A stretch of DNA of 53,705 nt from Candidatus Eiseniibacteriota bacterium (GTDB taxonomy: Bacteria > Eisenbacteria > RBG-16-71-46 > CAIMUX01 > VGJL01). Below, piece by piece: positions 18,894 to 28,496 of this stretch (the first letter of the stretch is position 1; each line of letters opens with the position of its first letter). The stretch lies in NCBI GenBank assembly GCA_041946735.1, contig JBHGAY010000033.1:1-53705 (forward strand). Reading direction: 5' to 3'. Made by a program: the position numbers and the translations under genes. The notes beneath the pieces are model-generated. The model worked only from the letters and a program-made list of their open reading frames with translations, did no database searches and had not been told where the DNA came from.

Positions 18894-20795
18894 CTAGGTC
18901 GTGCGGTCCGGAGGCGGGCTCTCGATCGACTCCTCGAGAAAACCTTCGAGGACCTCGAGCGCCATCTCATAGCGGCCGAACGGGGGCATCACATATGCCC
19001 CTCGGATGCGGGGCAGCGAGAGCGCGTCTTCCAGAGCCTCACGCGCGATCGCGATCCCTTCGCGCCTTGCCGCCTCCCCCGATCCGGCCTTGCGCATCCG
19101 CTCGCGGACCGGCTCGGGGATGCTCATCCCCGGAACTTCATTGTGGTAGAACTCCGCGTTGCGGAAGCTCGTGAGCGGAAGAATCCCCACGAGAAGGGGC
19201 AGCGCGATCTCCGAGGCCGCATCGAGAAGCGCGCGCAGGCGGGTGGGCTCGAAGACCGGCTGCGTGAGGATGTATTCCGCGCCCGCCTCGACCTTCTGCC
19301 GCAGCCGGCGCACTTCCTCCCGAAGGTTCGGCGAGGCGGGGTTCACGCCGACTCCGATCAGGAACGACGTCGGATCGCCGATGCGGTTTCCCGCCAGGTC
19401 CCGGCCATGGTTCAGCCGGTGAGCCATTCGAGTGAGCCCGATCGAGTCGACGTCGAAGACGGCGGTCGCATTCGGGTAGTCGCCGAGCTTCGGAGGATCC
19501 CCCGTGATCAGGATGAGATTGCGCAGCCCGAGGGCGTGCGCCCCGAGCAGGTCCGACTGCATTCCGAGGAGATTGCGGTCCCGGCAGCAGTAGTGGAGGA
19601 GGACGTCGATGCCGATCTCCCGAGCGAGGATCGCGCCGAGCGACAGCGGGCTCATCCGCGCGCTCGCCCGGGGTCCATCGGGGATGTTCACCGCGTCCAC
19701 GCCGCGGGCGTGCAGCCGCCTCGCCCCTTCCACCACCCGGTCGATCCCGGTCCCCCGAGGAGGATCGAGCTCGACGCTGCAGACGAACCGGTCGGTCGTG
19801 AGAAGCTTCCGGGCGAAGCGGGATTTCTGCGCCGAAGCGACCGGGACGACCTCGGCCGGCTCCGGCTCCCGCGGGATCGCGGCAACCGTGAGCGATTCCA
19901 CTCGGCCAGGCCGGAGGCTACGGACCGTAGCCGCGACGGCGCGGATGTGTTCCGGGGTCGTGCCGCAGCATCCGCCGACAAGCCGCACGCCGGCCGATTG
20001 GATGAACCGCCGGGCGTAGGTCGCCATGTACTCGGGGGAACAGAAGTAGATGTAGCGCCCCTCGACGCGCTGCGGGCTCCCGGCGTTCGGCTGGGCGGAG
20101 ATCCACTTCCGTCCCGCCGCCGCGAACCTCTCCAGGACGTCGAGCATCGGCCGCGGCCCGATCGAGCAATTCGCGCCGATCACGTCGGCTCCCGCACGCT
20201 CCAGAGCGGCGGCGGCCTCCTCGGGCGTATTGCCGAACAGGGTGGTGCCCTCCTCGGTGAACGTCATCTGAGCGACGATCGGGAGCTGGGTATGCTTGCG
20301 GATCGCGTGGATCGCCGCCTCCATCTCTTCCAGCCGGCTGATCGTCTCGATCACGAAGCAGTCCACGCCCCCTTCGAGGAGCCCGAGCACCTGCTCCTCG
20401 TAGAGCGCGACCGCGGCTTCGGGATCCGGCTCTCCCGTTTGATGGAGAGGGCTGCCGAGCGGGCCGATCGATCCGCCCACGAATCCCGGCTGTCCCGACT
20501 CACGAACGGAAGTGCGCGCCAGCTCCGCGCCGACGCGGTTGATCTCACGGACCCGCCGCTCCAGCCCGTGGGGGAGGAGCTTTCCCCCGTTGGCCCCGAA
20601 CGTGTTGGTCTCGATTAGCTCCGCCCCGGCGTGCAGATAAGAACGGTGGATCTCCCGGACCAGGGACGGCTGGGAGAGGTTCAGCTCGTCGAAGCAGCGG
20701 TTGATGTAGATGCCGTGGGCATAGAGCATCGTCCCCATCGCTCCGTCGGCGACGAGGATCGATTCGCCAAGTCGATCCAAAAACTCGCTTTCCAG
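18894..20795 (-). CDS. yitJ: Bifunctional homocysteine S-methyltransferase / methylenetetrahydrofolate reductase (YitJ-type)
   Basis: ADGAMGTML, ETNTFGAN, GANCS, GGCCGTTPEHI, then CRDRNLLGMQSDLLGA, ITGDPPKLGDYP, TQPVF. Probable CTG start. Confidence 0.93.
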   Translation of the reverse strand: MESEFLDRLGESILVADGAMGTMLYAHGIYINRCFDELNLSQPSLVREIHRSYLHAGAELIETNTFGANGGKLLPHGLERRVREINRVGAELARTSVRESGQPGFVGGSIGPLGSPLHQTGEPDPEAAVALYEEQVLGLLEGGVDCFVIETISRLEEMEAAIHAIRKHTQLPIVAQMTFTEEGTTLFGNTPEEAAAALERAGADVIGANCSIGPRPMLDVLERFAAAGRKWISAQPNAGSPQRVEGRYIYFCSPEYMATYARRFIQSAGVRLVGGCCGTTPEHIRAVAATVRSLRPGRVESLTVAAIPREPEPAEVVPVASAQKSRFARKLLTTDRFVCSVELDPPRGTGIDRVVEGARRLHARGVDAVNIPDGPRASARMSPLSLGAILAREIGIDVLLHYCCRDRNLLGMQSDLLGAHALGLRNLILITGDPPKLGDYPNATAVFDVDSIGLTRMAHRLNHGRDLAGNRIGDPTSFLIGVGVNPASPNLREEVRRLRQKVEAGAEYILTQPVFEPTRLRALLDAASEIALPLLVGILPLTSFRNAEFYHNEVPGMSIPEPVRERMRKAGSGEAARREGIAIAREALEDALSLPRIRGAYVMPPFGRYEMALEVLEGFLEESIESPPPDRTT

Positions 20796-20828
20796 GCCCG
20801 GACCTCCTTCGGTGGAAGGCTGGGGCGA

Positions 20829-20858
20829 ATCGTAGGACGGCCGTCGCCGGACGGTCAA
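20829..20858 (-). promoter_or_regulatory. Putative sigma70 promoter for yitJ
   Basis: Minus strand reads TTGACC-N18-TACGAT. Confidence 0.5.
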
Positions 20859-20897
20859 CCTAGGGACGGTCCGGTGGTTCCGATGGTGCCACTCTGG

Positions 20898-20926
20898 TTG
20901 ACGAAGGTCTCCGGCTCTCCTAGAAT
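20898..20926 (+). promoter_or_regulatory. Sigma70 promoter for the secreted protease
   Basis: TTGACG-N17-TAGAAT. Confidence 0.7.
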
Positions 20927-21041
20927 TGGATGTGCACCACTCCGAGCCATCGCCGTTCGACATCCCCGGATGCCACCAGCTTGGCTCTAGTAGATGGAAT
21001 CGAAAGGACTCGATCGACTCCAAACCCAAGGGGGACTCTGA

Positions 21042-23987
21042 ATGTCTTGGAAAATCCCGCCGGCCCTGCTCTGCGCCGTGGCTGTTCTGGCTTCCGCGGC
21101 CTCGGCGGTGGTCCCTACCGACGATCTTGCCTATGAGGTGAGATTGCCGCTGTCCCAGATCTCCCCGACGTTCCAGCAGCCCAGCGAGGCTGCCGCAGCG
21201 TCGCTCCTGCCCTCGCTCTCGACTTTCCGTTCGGGAGAGGGAGCCGGGTGGCGGCTGCTTCAATGGAACGATCAGCTCGGCGCCCCGGCGGCGCTCGCCG
21301 GTCCGGCGATCCCCCTCGTGGGCGCTGGGGCCTCGCGCGAGATGACGCAGATGGGGGTCGAGGCTTTCCTCGCCCGCAATCAGAGCGTGGTGAAGGCCGA
21401 CCTTCGCGATCTTCGCGTTTCGGACGTGGCCGACGTCGGCAACGACAAGTCGATCGCGATCTTCGATCAGTACTGGAACGGCCTGCCGGTGGTCGGAGGC
21501 CGCGTCGACGTGACGCTGTGGGAAGGGAAGGTGGTTCTCGTCTCCTCCAACTTCTACCCCAACGTTCGCGTCAACACGTTCCCGAGCCTCGACGCCGATG
21601 CGGCCGTTGCGGCCGCTCATATCGGCATTCCGTCCGCGGAGGGGGATGCCGCGACGGAAGAGCCGCACCTCGCGATCCTGCCGCTCCACCAGGATGCCGG
21701 GATCGAGTACCACCTCGCCTGGTACGTTCCGCTGAAGACGAACGATCCGGACGGCCTTTGGGACACGTACGTCGACGCGCAGGACGGCACGGTCCTCTGG
21801 CGGCAGAGCGCCTACAGCTACTTCGAGATCACCGGCCACGTCGCCGGCATGGTCGAGGAGAACTGGGGCTGGCAGCAGTTCAATGGTAGGGATGAGCTGC
21901 TGCGGGTCACCTCCGGCAGCTACAACACCTACACGGACGTCAACGGCGACTACTCGCTTACCGTCCCGAACAATCAGCAATATCCGGTCAACGCGCAGCT
22001 GTTCGGAAACTACTGCAACGTGAACAACCAGGGCGGCAGCGATGCGACGATCACCCAGAACGGCTTCCCCGGCACGCCGCTCGACTTCAACTTCACCGAT
22101 GCCAACTCCCACATCGCTGAGCGCGACGCGTACTACCACGTCAACGTGGTCCACGACTGGATCAAATCGGTCTATCCGGGTCTCACCGGAATGGACTTCG
22201 TCGTCCCGGCCAATGTGAACATCAACCAGTACTGCAACGCCTTCTGGAACGGCTCCTCGGTCAACTTCTATCGTGAAGGCGGCGGCTGCAACAACACCGG
22301 CCGGATCTCCGAGGTCATCTACCACGAGTACGGCCATGGCATCACGCAGAAGATCTACTATCCCTCCCAGCCGCCCACCAGCTCCGGTATGGGCGAGGCC
22401 TTCAGCGACATCACCGCGATCTGCATCCATCCGGATCCCAAGATGGGAGAGTTCTTCTACACGAACGGCGCCCCGGTGCGCGACGGCGAGAACCTCCGCC
22501 AGTATCCCGGCACGGAGTGCGGCGGCCAGGTGCACTGCCTCGGCGAGATCCTGATGGGTTCGATGTGGAAGACGCGCAAGAACTTCCATCTGAAGTACAC
22601 GTTCGGAGGGGCGGGCGAGGTCTACGATCCGCTCTACATCAACACCGTTCGCCAGAAGCCGACCAGCATGCCGTCCTTCCTCACTAAGCTGCTGACGACG
22701 GACGACAACGATGGAAACCTGAACAACGGGACTCCGAACTGGTACGAGATCTGTGACGCGTTCGCCCAGCACAATCTCCCGTGCCCGGCGCTCACGAACT
22801 ACGTCACGGTGACGAGCGTTCCGCTGGACGATCAGCCGCAGGAATCGGGCGATTACCCGGTGACGGCGACGGCGGTCGCGGTCGGCGGCGGCGCGATCGA
22901 TCCGAGCAAGGTGGAGATCTACTTCTCGACCGATGGGGAGAACTACCAGGCCTCGCCGATGTCCCCGACCGGCAATCCGGACGAGTACGCCGGCGTGATC
23001 CCGTATCAGGGTTGCGCGAAGATCATTTCCTACTATGTGCGCGCCGAGAAGTTCACCGGCGAAAACGCGACGGCTCCGTTCCTCGCTCCGTATCGCGCCG
23101 TCTACCGGTTCCTCGCCGGTCCGACGCTCGTCACGATGTCGGATGACTTCGAGGCGGACAGCGGCTGGACGATCACCGGCAACGCGACGGCCGGCGCGTT
23201 CGAGCGCGCGGATCCGGAAGGGAAGTACAGCGCGACCTACGGCTACACGCAGCCGGAGGACGACCATAGCGCAAACGGCGTCAACTGCTTCGTCACCGAC
23301 CCGCGTGGCGGCGTCTGGTCCGTCTTCGACGTCGACGGCGGCGCGACCGGAATCAACTCGCCGGTGTTCGATTGGTCGGACCGCTCGGGCGCGGGCGTGA
23401 TCGGCTTCTGGGGCTTCTTCTTCGACTACACGCCGACCGACGACAGCCTCCGGGTCATGGTCTCCAACAACGGCGGTCAGAACTACACGACGATCCGCAA
23501 GATCAACGGCAACGATCTGAACGACTGGCTGTACTACAAGACCTACTTCACGTCGGATCAGATCCCGTTCACGGATCAGATGGTCGTGCGCATCCAGATG
23601 GAAGACATCAACGGAGCGACGAGCTGCGCCGAGGCGGCGATCGACGACATCGAGTTCAAGGTCACCAACTGCGTCACGGTGGACGTGGCCGAGGACGCTT
23701 CGGCGCCTGCGGTGTTCACCGTCGATCCGAACCGACCGAACCCGTTCAACCCTCGCACCACGATCCGCTTCGGTCTTCCGAGCGCGGGAGACGTGCGTGT
23801 CGAGGTGTTCGACGCGAGCGGCCGTCTCGTCCGGACCCTGGTGGACGGCCAGCAGTCGGCCGGCTTCCATTCGGTCGTCTGGGACGGCAAGGACGATGCG
23901 AACCGCTCCGTCGGTTCGGGCGTCTACTACTACAAGGTGCAGGCGGGTGAGAAGCAGACCAGCCGGAAGATGCTGCTGCTGAAGTAG
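21042..23987 (+). CDS. Secreted Zn metalloprotease (M4/M36-like) with propeptide, accessory beta domains and C-terminal FlgD-Ig/T9SS-like domain
   Basis: Signal peptide; FTP/PepSY-like segments (FDQYWNGLPVVGG, YVDAQDGTVL); CNAFWNG; HEYGH; GMGEAFSD; QVH; PNPFNPRTTIRF...WDGKDD...SGVYYYK...RKMLLLK. Confidence 0.88.
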   Translation: MSWKIPPALLCAVAVLASAASAVVPTDDLAYEVRLPLSQISPTFQQPSEAAAASLLPSLSTFRSGEGAGWRLLQWNDQLGAPAALAGPAIPLVGAGASREMTQMGVEAFLARNQSVVKADLRDLRVSDVADVGNDKSIAIFDQYWNGLPVVGGRVDVTLWEGKVVLVSSNFYPNVRVNTFPSLDADAAVAAAHIGIPSAEGDAATEEPHLAILPLHQDAGIEYHLAWYVPLKTNDPDGLWDTYVDAQDGTVLWRQSAYSYFEITGHVAGMVEENWGWQQFNGRDELLRVTSGSYNTYTDVNGDYSLTVPNNQQYPVNAQLFGNYCNVNNQGGSDATITQNGFPGTPLDFNFTDANSHIAERDAYYHVNVVHDWIKSVYPGLTGMDFVVPANVNINQYCNAFWNGSSVNFYREGGGCNNTGRISEVIYHEYGHGITQKIYYPSQPPTSSGMGEAFSDITAICIHPDPKMGEFFYTNGAPVRDGENLRQYPGTECGGQVHCLGEILMGSMWKTRKNFHLKYTFGGAGEVYDPLYINTVRQKPTSMPSFLTKLLTTDDNDGNLNNGTPNWYEICDAFAQHNLPCPALTNYVTVTSVPLDDQPQESGDYPVTATAVAVGGGAIDPSKVEIYFSTDGENYQASPMSPTGNPDEYAGVIPYQGCAKIISYYVRAEKFTGENATAPFLAPYRAVYRFLAGPTLVTMSDDFEADSGWTITGNATAGAFERADPEGKYSATYGYTQPEDDHSANGVNCFVTDPRGGVWSVFDVDGGATGINSPVFDWSDRSGAGVIGFWGFFFDYTPTDDSLRVMVSNNGGQNYTTIRKINGNDLNDWLYYKTYFTSDQIPFTDQMVVRIQMEDINGATSCAEAAIDDIEFKVTNCVTVDVAEDASAPAVFTVDPNRPNPFNPRTTIRFGLPSAGDVRVEVFDASGRLVRTLVDGQQSAGFHSVVWDGKDDANRSVGSGVYYYKVQAGEKQTSRKMLLLK

Positions 23988-24032
23988 TATCTTCCCCCCT
24001 CCGACTTTTCCTCGCGCTTGCGCGACGAAGAA

Positions 24033-24065
24033 GGCGGCCCTCGGGATCGGATCCCGGGGGCCGCT
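24033..24065. terminator. Hairpin between convergent genes
   Basis: ggcggccctcgggat-cgg-atcccgggggccgct. Confidence 0.55.
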
Positions 24066-24161
24066 TCGATCTCGCGCTTCCGTGTCCGCCTCCTGCCGGG
24101 CGCTTTCGTCTCCGGGCTTTGCTTCAGCGCTTCCGCGCCCTTCCCGGTTCGCGGGCGGGAT

Positions 24162-25565
24162 TCAGGCGGAGGCGGTGCGCCGGAGGCGGACGATCGTCTC
24201 GACGTGAGGCGTATGAGGGAAGAGATCCAGGATGCGCATGCGCTCCGGTTCGTACCCGCCTTCGCAGAGGTGGGCGAGGTCGCGCGCGAGGGTCGAGGGG
24301 TTGCACGAAACGTAGAGGATCGAGGGTGAAGCGAGAGCGAGGAGCCCCTCGAGCGCTCGTGGGTGGAGACCGGCGCGCGGCGGGTCGATGACGACCAGGT
24401 CCGGCTGGATCTCTTGAGCGCGCCCCACCCAGTCCTCCGCGAGCGCGGTTTCGAACCGGGCGTTGTCGATCCCGTTGCGCGCGGCGTTGCGGCGCGCGTC
24501 CCGGATCGCCGCGTCCACCGAATCGATTCCGTGGAGCGTCCGGCACTCGCGCGCCAGCGCGAGGCCGAGCGTCCCGACTCCGCAGTACAGGTCGAGGAGC
24601 CTCTCCGCCGGGGGCGCGAACGCGCGCAGCTGCCGGATCAGCATCTCCGCGGCGGCGCTGTTCGTCTGGAAAAAGGAGGAGGCGGAGAGCTCGAACTCCA
24701 GATCGGCGAGGCGTTCCACGATCCTGTCGGAGCCGAAGAGGATCCTCTCCCGTTCCGCCCGCGCGACGGTGGCTGCGCCTGCGTGGATCCACAGCAGCAG
24801 CCCGGCGATCGAAGGGAAGGCGGCGGGCAGGAGCGTCGCGAGCGGCGCGAGGCGTGGGTCGTCCTCGCGGACGACGAGGGCCACGAGATGCGAGCCGCTC
24901 GCCCTCGACGTGCGGACGACGAGATGCCGGAGGAGGCCACTGCCTCGCCCGCCGTGGTAGCCGGGAATCTCCGCCTCGCGCGCGAAGCGCCGGACGAGAT
25001 CGACGATCCCGCTGGCATCGGCGTGCGCGAGGAGGCAGCGTTCGAGATCGAACACCGCGTCGAATCGGCCGCGCACGTGGAGCCCCAGCGCGGCGCCCGG
25101 TCCTGCTCCGCTTCCCTCGGGCGGCGGCCCCGCCGGGTCCCATGGGCGGGCGGCGAAGGAGAATTCCATCTTGTTCCGGTAATGCCAGAGGGCGGGAGAG
25201 GCCAGCGGCGGCTCCGGCTCCGGCGGGAGCCGGCCGCCGATCCGCGCCAGGTTCTCCCGGACCTGCCGGGCTTTCGCCTCCAACTGGGCCGGGTAGGCGA
25301 GAGCCTGATAGGCGCATCCGCCGCAGACCGCGGCGTGCGGGCAGGCGGGGACGATTCTTTCCGGCGAAGGGGCGAGCACCTCGAGCAAGCGGGCCCGACG
25401 CCAGCGCTTTCCGCCGCCCTTCTGCGGAACGGCGCGGACCGTTTCGCCCGGGAGGGCGCCCTCGACGAAATGCACCTGCCCGTCGAAGCGGCCGACCCCC
25501 TCACCGCCGTAGGCGAGATCCTCGATCTGCATCTCGACCGGCTCTTCCTGGCGCGTCCGTGGCAT
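24162..25565 (-). CDS. rlmD: 23S rRNA (uracil-C5)-methyltransferase RlmD
   Basis: TRAM domain, CPHAAVCGGC, YRNKMEF, FFQTN, DLYCGVG, DPPRAG, YVSCNPSTLARD, DLFPHTPHVE. Confidence 0.93.
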   Translation of the reverse strand: MPRTRQEEPVEMQIEDLAYGGEGVGRFDGQVHFVEGALPGETVRAVPQKGGGKRWRRARLLEVLAPSPERIVPACPHAAVCGGCAYQALAYPAQLEAKARQVRENLARIGGRLPPEPEPPLASPALWHYRNKMEFSFAARPWDPAGPPPEGSGAGPGAALGLHVRGRFDAVFDLERCLLAHADASGIVDLVRRFAREAEIPGYHGGRGSGLLRHLVVRTSRASGSHLVALVVREDDPRLAPLATLLPAAFPSIAGLLLWIHAGAATVARAERERILFGSDRIVERLADLEFELSASSFFQTNSAAAEMLIRQLRAFAPPAERLLDLYCGVGTLGLALARECRTLHGIDSVDAAIRDARRNAARNGIDNARFETALAEDWVGRAQEIQPDLVVIDPPRAGLHPRALEGLLALASPSILYVSCNPSTLARDLAHLCEGGYEPERMRILDLFPHTPHVETIVRLRRTASA

Positions 25566-25685
25566 GGACGGATCCTAGACGATCGGCTGGTGCCCTCCCA
25601 ACTTTCGCCTGCTTCTCCGGAGTCTCTGACCTAGAATGTCCCGAATGAGGCTCCACGGGGGATTCCCGGGGAAGGAGAAGGCGGA

Positions 25686-26684
25686 ATGAAGGGCATGAGG
25701 ATGGGCGTTCCGGTCGGGATCCTCCTGGCGCTGGCGCTGTCGTTCGGTTGCGGAAAGAGTGACAAGGGTGCGGAGAAGGCGGGAGCGGGAAGCTCCACCG
25801 AACCGATCTCGGGCGACTCGACGAAAGTCGTGGCGACGGTGGGAGACGAGCCGATCGTTCTCGGCGAGGTGAACCAGGTGGTCTCGCTTTGGCGGCAGGG
25901 CGGAATGCCGGGCACAGAGACGATGTCGGAGCGCCAGCTCCAGGATCGCGCGATCGACAACCTGATCGATCAGCACGTGCTGTTCCAGGCGGCGACGGCC
26001 GCGGGGAAGGTCCCGACCGACGATCAGGTCGAACAGATCGTGCAAAGCCTGCGCGGCCAGTTCCCGACCCCGGAGGCGTTCCAGCAGGCGATGCAGCAGC
26101 GGGGGATGAACGAAAAGACCCTGCGGGTGAACATTCGCACGGACATGGCAATCCGGCAGTACCTGATGAGCGAGGTCCCGGACACGATCCAGCTGACGCC
26201 GGCCGACGCGCAGAAGTACTACGCGGAGCACCCGGAGCAGTTCGAGCAGGTGCACGCGAGCCACATCCTGATCCGCGCCGACTCGACGATGAGCGAGGAA
26301 GCGCGCCGGCAGGCGCGCGAGACCGCCGCGTCCCTCCTCGCGCGCATCCGCGCCGGCGAGGACTTCGCGGCAATCGCTCGCGCTTCGTCGCAGGACTCCC
26401 TCTCGGCTCGCCAGGGAGGGGACCTCGGAACGTTCGGCCACGGGCAACTGAACCCGACCTTCGAGCAGGCCGCCTTCTCGCTCGAGCCCGGGCAGGTGAG
26501 CGAGGTGGTCGAGACCTCCATCGGATTCCACATCATCCGGGTCGAGGAAAAGAACAAGGTCCCCTATGATCCGAGGCTCGAGGGCAGCCTCATCAACTAT
26601 CTGCATCAGCAGAAGCAGAACGAGGCGGTCCAAAAGCGGGTCGAGGATCTGAAGAGCAAGGCCTCGATCGAGAGAAAGGTCTAG
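25686..26684 (+). CDS. PrsA/SurA-like parvulin peptidyl-prolyl isomerase lipoprotein
   Basis: Lipobox SFGC, VHASHILI, GGDLG, FEQAAFSL, GFHII. Confidence 0.9.
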   Translation: MKGMRMGVPVGILLALALSFGCGKSDKGAEKAGAGSSTEPISGDSTKVVATVGDEPIVLGEVNQVVSLWRQGGMPGTETMSERQLQDRAIDNLIDQHVLFQAATAAGKVPTDDQVEQIVQSLRGQFPTPEAFQQAMQQRGMNEKTLRVNIRTDMAIRQYLMSEVPDTIQLTPADAQKYYAEHPEQFEQVHASHILIRADSTMSEEARRQARETAASLLARIRAGEDFAAIARASSQDSLSARQGGDLGTFGHGQLNPTFEQAAFSLEPGQVSEVVETSIGFHIIRVEEKNKVPYDPRLEGSLINYLHQQKQNEAVQKRVEDLKSKASIERKV

Positions 26685-26795
26685 AAGCACCAGGTCCCGA
26701 AGACCTGCGCGTAGGCCCCCCTGGGAGGTCGGCGCGAAGATCTGGAGGACTCGCCCCGGGAACCCCGGGGATCCGGCGGGAGGGCTCCGGCAGCG

Positions 26796-28496
26796 ATGCG
26801 TTGGATCCTGAGAGGCCCTGTCCATCCCGATGAGCCCGACGATCCCTCCACGGTTCCGCGCCTGATCCGCAGGATCCTCCGCGGCCGGGGCTTCTCCGAG
26901 CGCGAACGCTGGCCGGAGTACTTCGAGCCATCGCTCGCGGGGCTCCCCGATCCGTTCCTGCTCCCCGACCTTCCCCGCGCGGTCGAACGCCTCGACCGCG
27001 CGATCCACGCCGGCGAGACGATCTTCGTCTTCGGCGACTACGACGTCGACGGCGTGACCTCGGCCGCCCTGCTTACCCGCCATCTCACCTCGCTCGGGGG
27101 GAACGTGGTCGCGCGCGTGCCGGACCGCATGCGGGACGGCTACGGCCTCTCGCTGCGCATCGTCGAGGAGGCGGCGCAGGCGGGCGCCACGTTGCTGATC
27201 ACCGCCGACTGCGGCACCGGCTCGATCGCCGAAGCGATGCGCGCGCGAGAGCTGGGATGCGACCTGATCGTCGCCGACCATCACCGCCCCGGGCCGGACC
27301 TTCCGCCCGGGGCGGCCGTCGTCAACCCCTGGCGCGCCGACTCGGTCTATCCGTTCCCGCACCTGGCTGCCGCCGGCGTCGTCACGAAACTGCTCGAAGG
27401 GCTCTGGCGCCACCGGCGCGCGCGAGGCGCCAAGGATCCCCGTCTGGGACCGCTCCTCGATCTCTCCGCGATCGGCACGATCGCCGACAACGTTCCCCTC
27501 ACGGGGGAGAACCGCGCGCTCGCCTTTCACGGCCTCGCCCGCATGCGCGCGCGGCCCCGCCCGGCGATCGCCGCCCTGTTTCGGATCGCCGGCGTCGACT
27601 TCGACCGCGCCGGCGCAGGGGAGATCGGCTACCAGATCGCGCCGCGCCTGAATGCGGCGGGACGTATCGGGAGCGCGAAGCTCGCTCTCGACCTCCTGCT
27701 CTGCGACGATCCCGAGCGCTGCCACCGCCTCGCCGCCTCCCTCGAGGGGCAGAACCTCCTTCGCAAGGAGCTGCTCGACCAGGTGCTGCAGGAGGCGGGG
27801 GAGCGGGCGGTTCTCGAGGAGAGCGACGGTCCTCTCGTTCTCGGAAGCGATCGCTGGCACCCGGGAGTGCTCGGGATCGCCGCCGCGCGCCTCGCCGAGC
27901 GGCACGGCCGCCCCACGATCCTTCTCGGAGGCGAGGGGGAACGATGGCGTGGATCGGGCCGGACGGTGCGCGGCTGCGACCTGCATTCGCTCGTCCTGGC
28001 CGCCTCCGCGTCGCTCGAAGCGTTTGGTGGGCACGCGGCTGCCGTCGGGCTCACCTTGTCGCGTGAGCGACTGCCGGAGTTTCGATCGCAGCTGGCGGAG
28101 GCCTACCGGGCGGGCGGGCACGGGGGCCCGGTCGAACGCTCGCTCACCGTGGACGCCCTCGCCGATCTCCACGAGGTGGACCGCACGCTCCTCGACTGGC
28201 TCGAGAGGATGGAGCCGTTCGGCCAAGGAAACCCGCCCCCCGTGGTGGCGGTGCGAGGACGTACGATCGGGGTGAAGATCCTCAAGGACCGGCACGTCCG
28301 CTTCCAGGTGGACGACGGCCGGACGCGGGTCGACTGCATCGGATTCCAGCTCGCGGGGAGCCATGCCTGGCTCTCCGGGTGCGGCTCGGAGGTTCATGTC
28401 GCCGGCACTCCCTGTCGAAACGTATTCCGTGGGGAGGAACGCCTGCAGTTCGAGGTGAGGGATATCGTCCGTGAAGACCCATTTGGAGAGCGTTGA
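26796..28496 (+). CDS. recJ: Single-stranded-DNA exonuclease RecJ
   Basis: GDYDVDG, TADCG, ADHH, GTIADNVPL, APRLNAAGR, GSGR, FGGH, EPFGQGNP. Confidence 0.95.
   Translation: MRWILRGPVHPDEPDDPSTVPRLIRRILRGRGFSERERWPEYFEPSLAGLPDPFLLPDLPRAVERLDRAIHAGETIFVFGDYDVDGVTSAALLTRHLTSLGGNVVARVPDRMRDGYGLSLRIVEEAAQAGATLLITADCGTGSIAEAMRARELGCDLIVADHHRPGPDLPPGAAVVNPWRADSVYPFPHLAAAGVVTKLLEGLWRHRRARGAKDPRLGPLLDLSAIGTIADNVPLTGENRALAFHGLARMRARPRPAIAALFRIAGVDFDRAGAGEIGYQIAPRLNAAGRIGSAKLALDLLLCDDPERCHRLAASLEGQNLLRKELLDQVLQEAGERAVLEESDGPLVLGSDRWHPGVLGIAAARLAERHGRPTILLGGEGERWRGSGRTVRGCDLHSLVLAASASLEAFGGHAAAVGLTLSRERLPEFRSQLAEAYRAGGHGGPVERSLTVDALADLHEVDRTLLDWLERMEPFGQGNPPPVVAVRGRTIGVKILKDRHVRFQVDDGRTRVDCIGFQLAGSHAWLSGCGSEVHVAGTPCRNVFRGEERLQFEVRDIVREDPFGER

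Noticed and set aside
20796..21041. SAM riboswitch upstream of yitJ
   Set aside because: The predicted leader is only about 25 nt and no SAM-I/II consensus is visible.
18894..23870. 1658-aa minus-strand ORF that appears to fuse a large N-terminal region to YitJ
   Set aside because: The upstream roughly 1000 codons are the antisense shadow of the plus-strand protease. YitJ has its own SD and promoter near 20800-20860.
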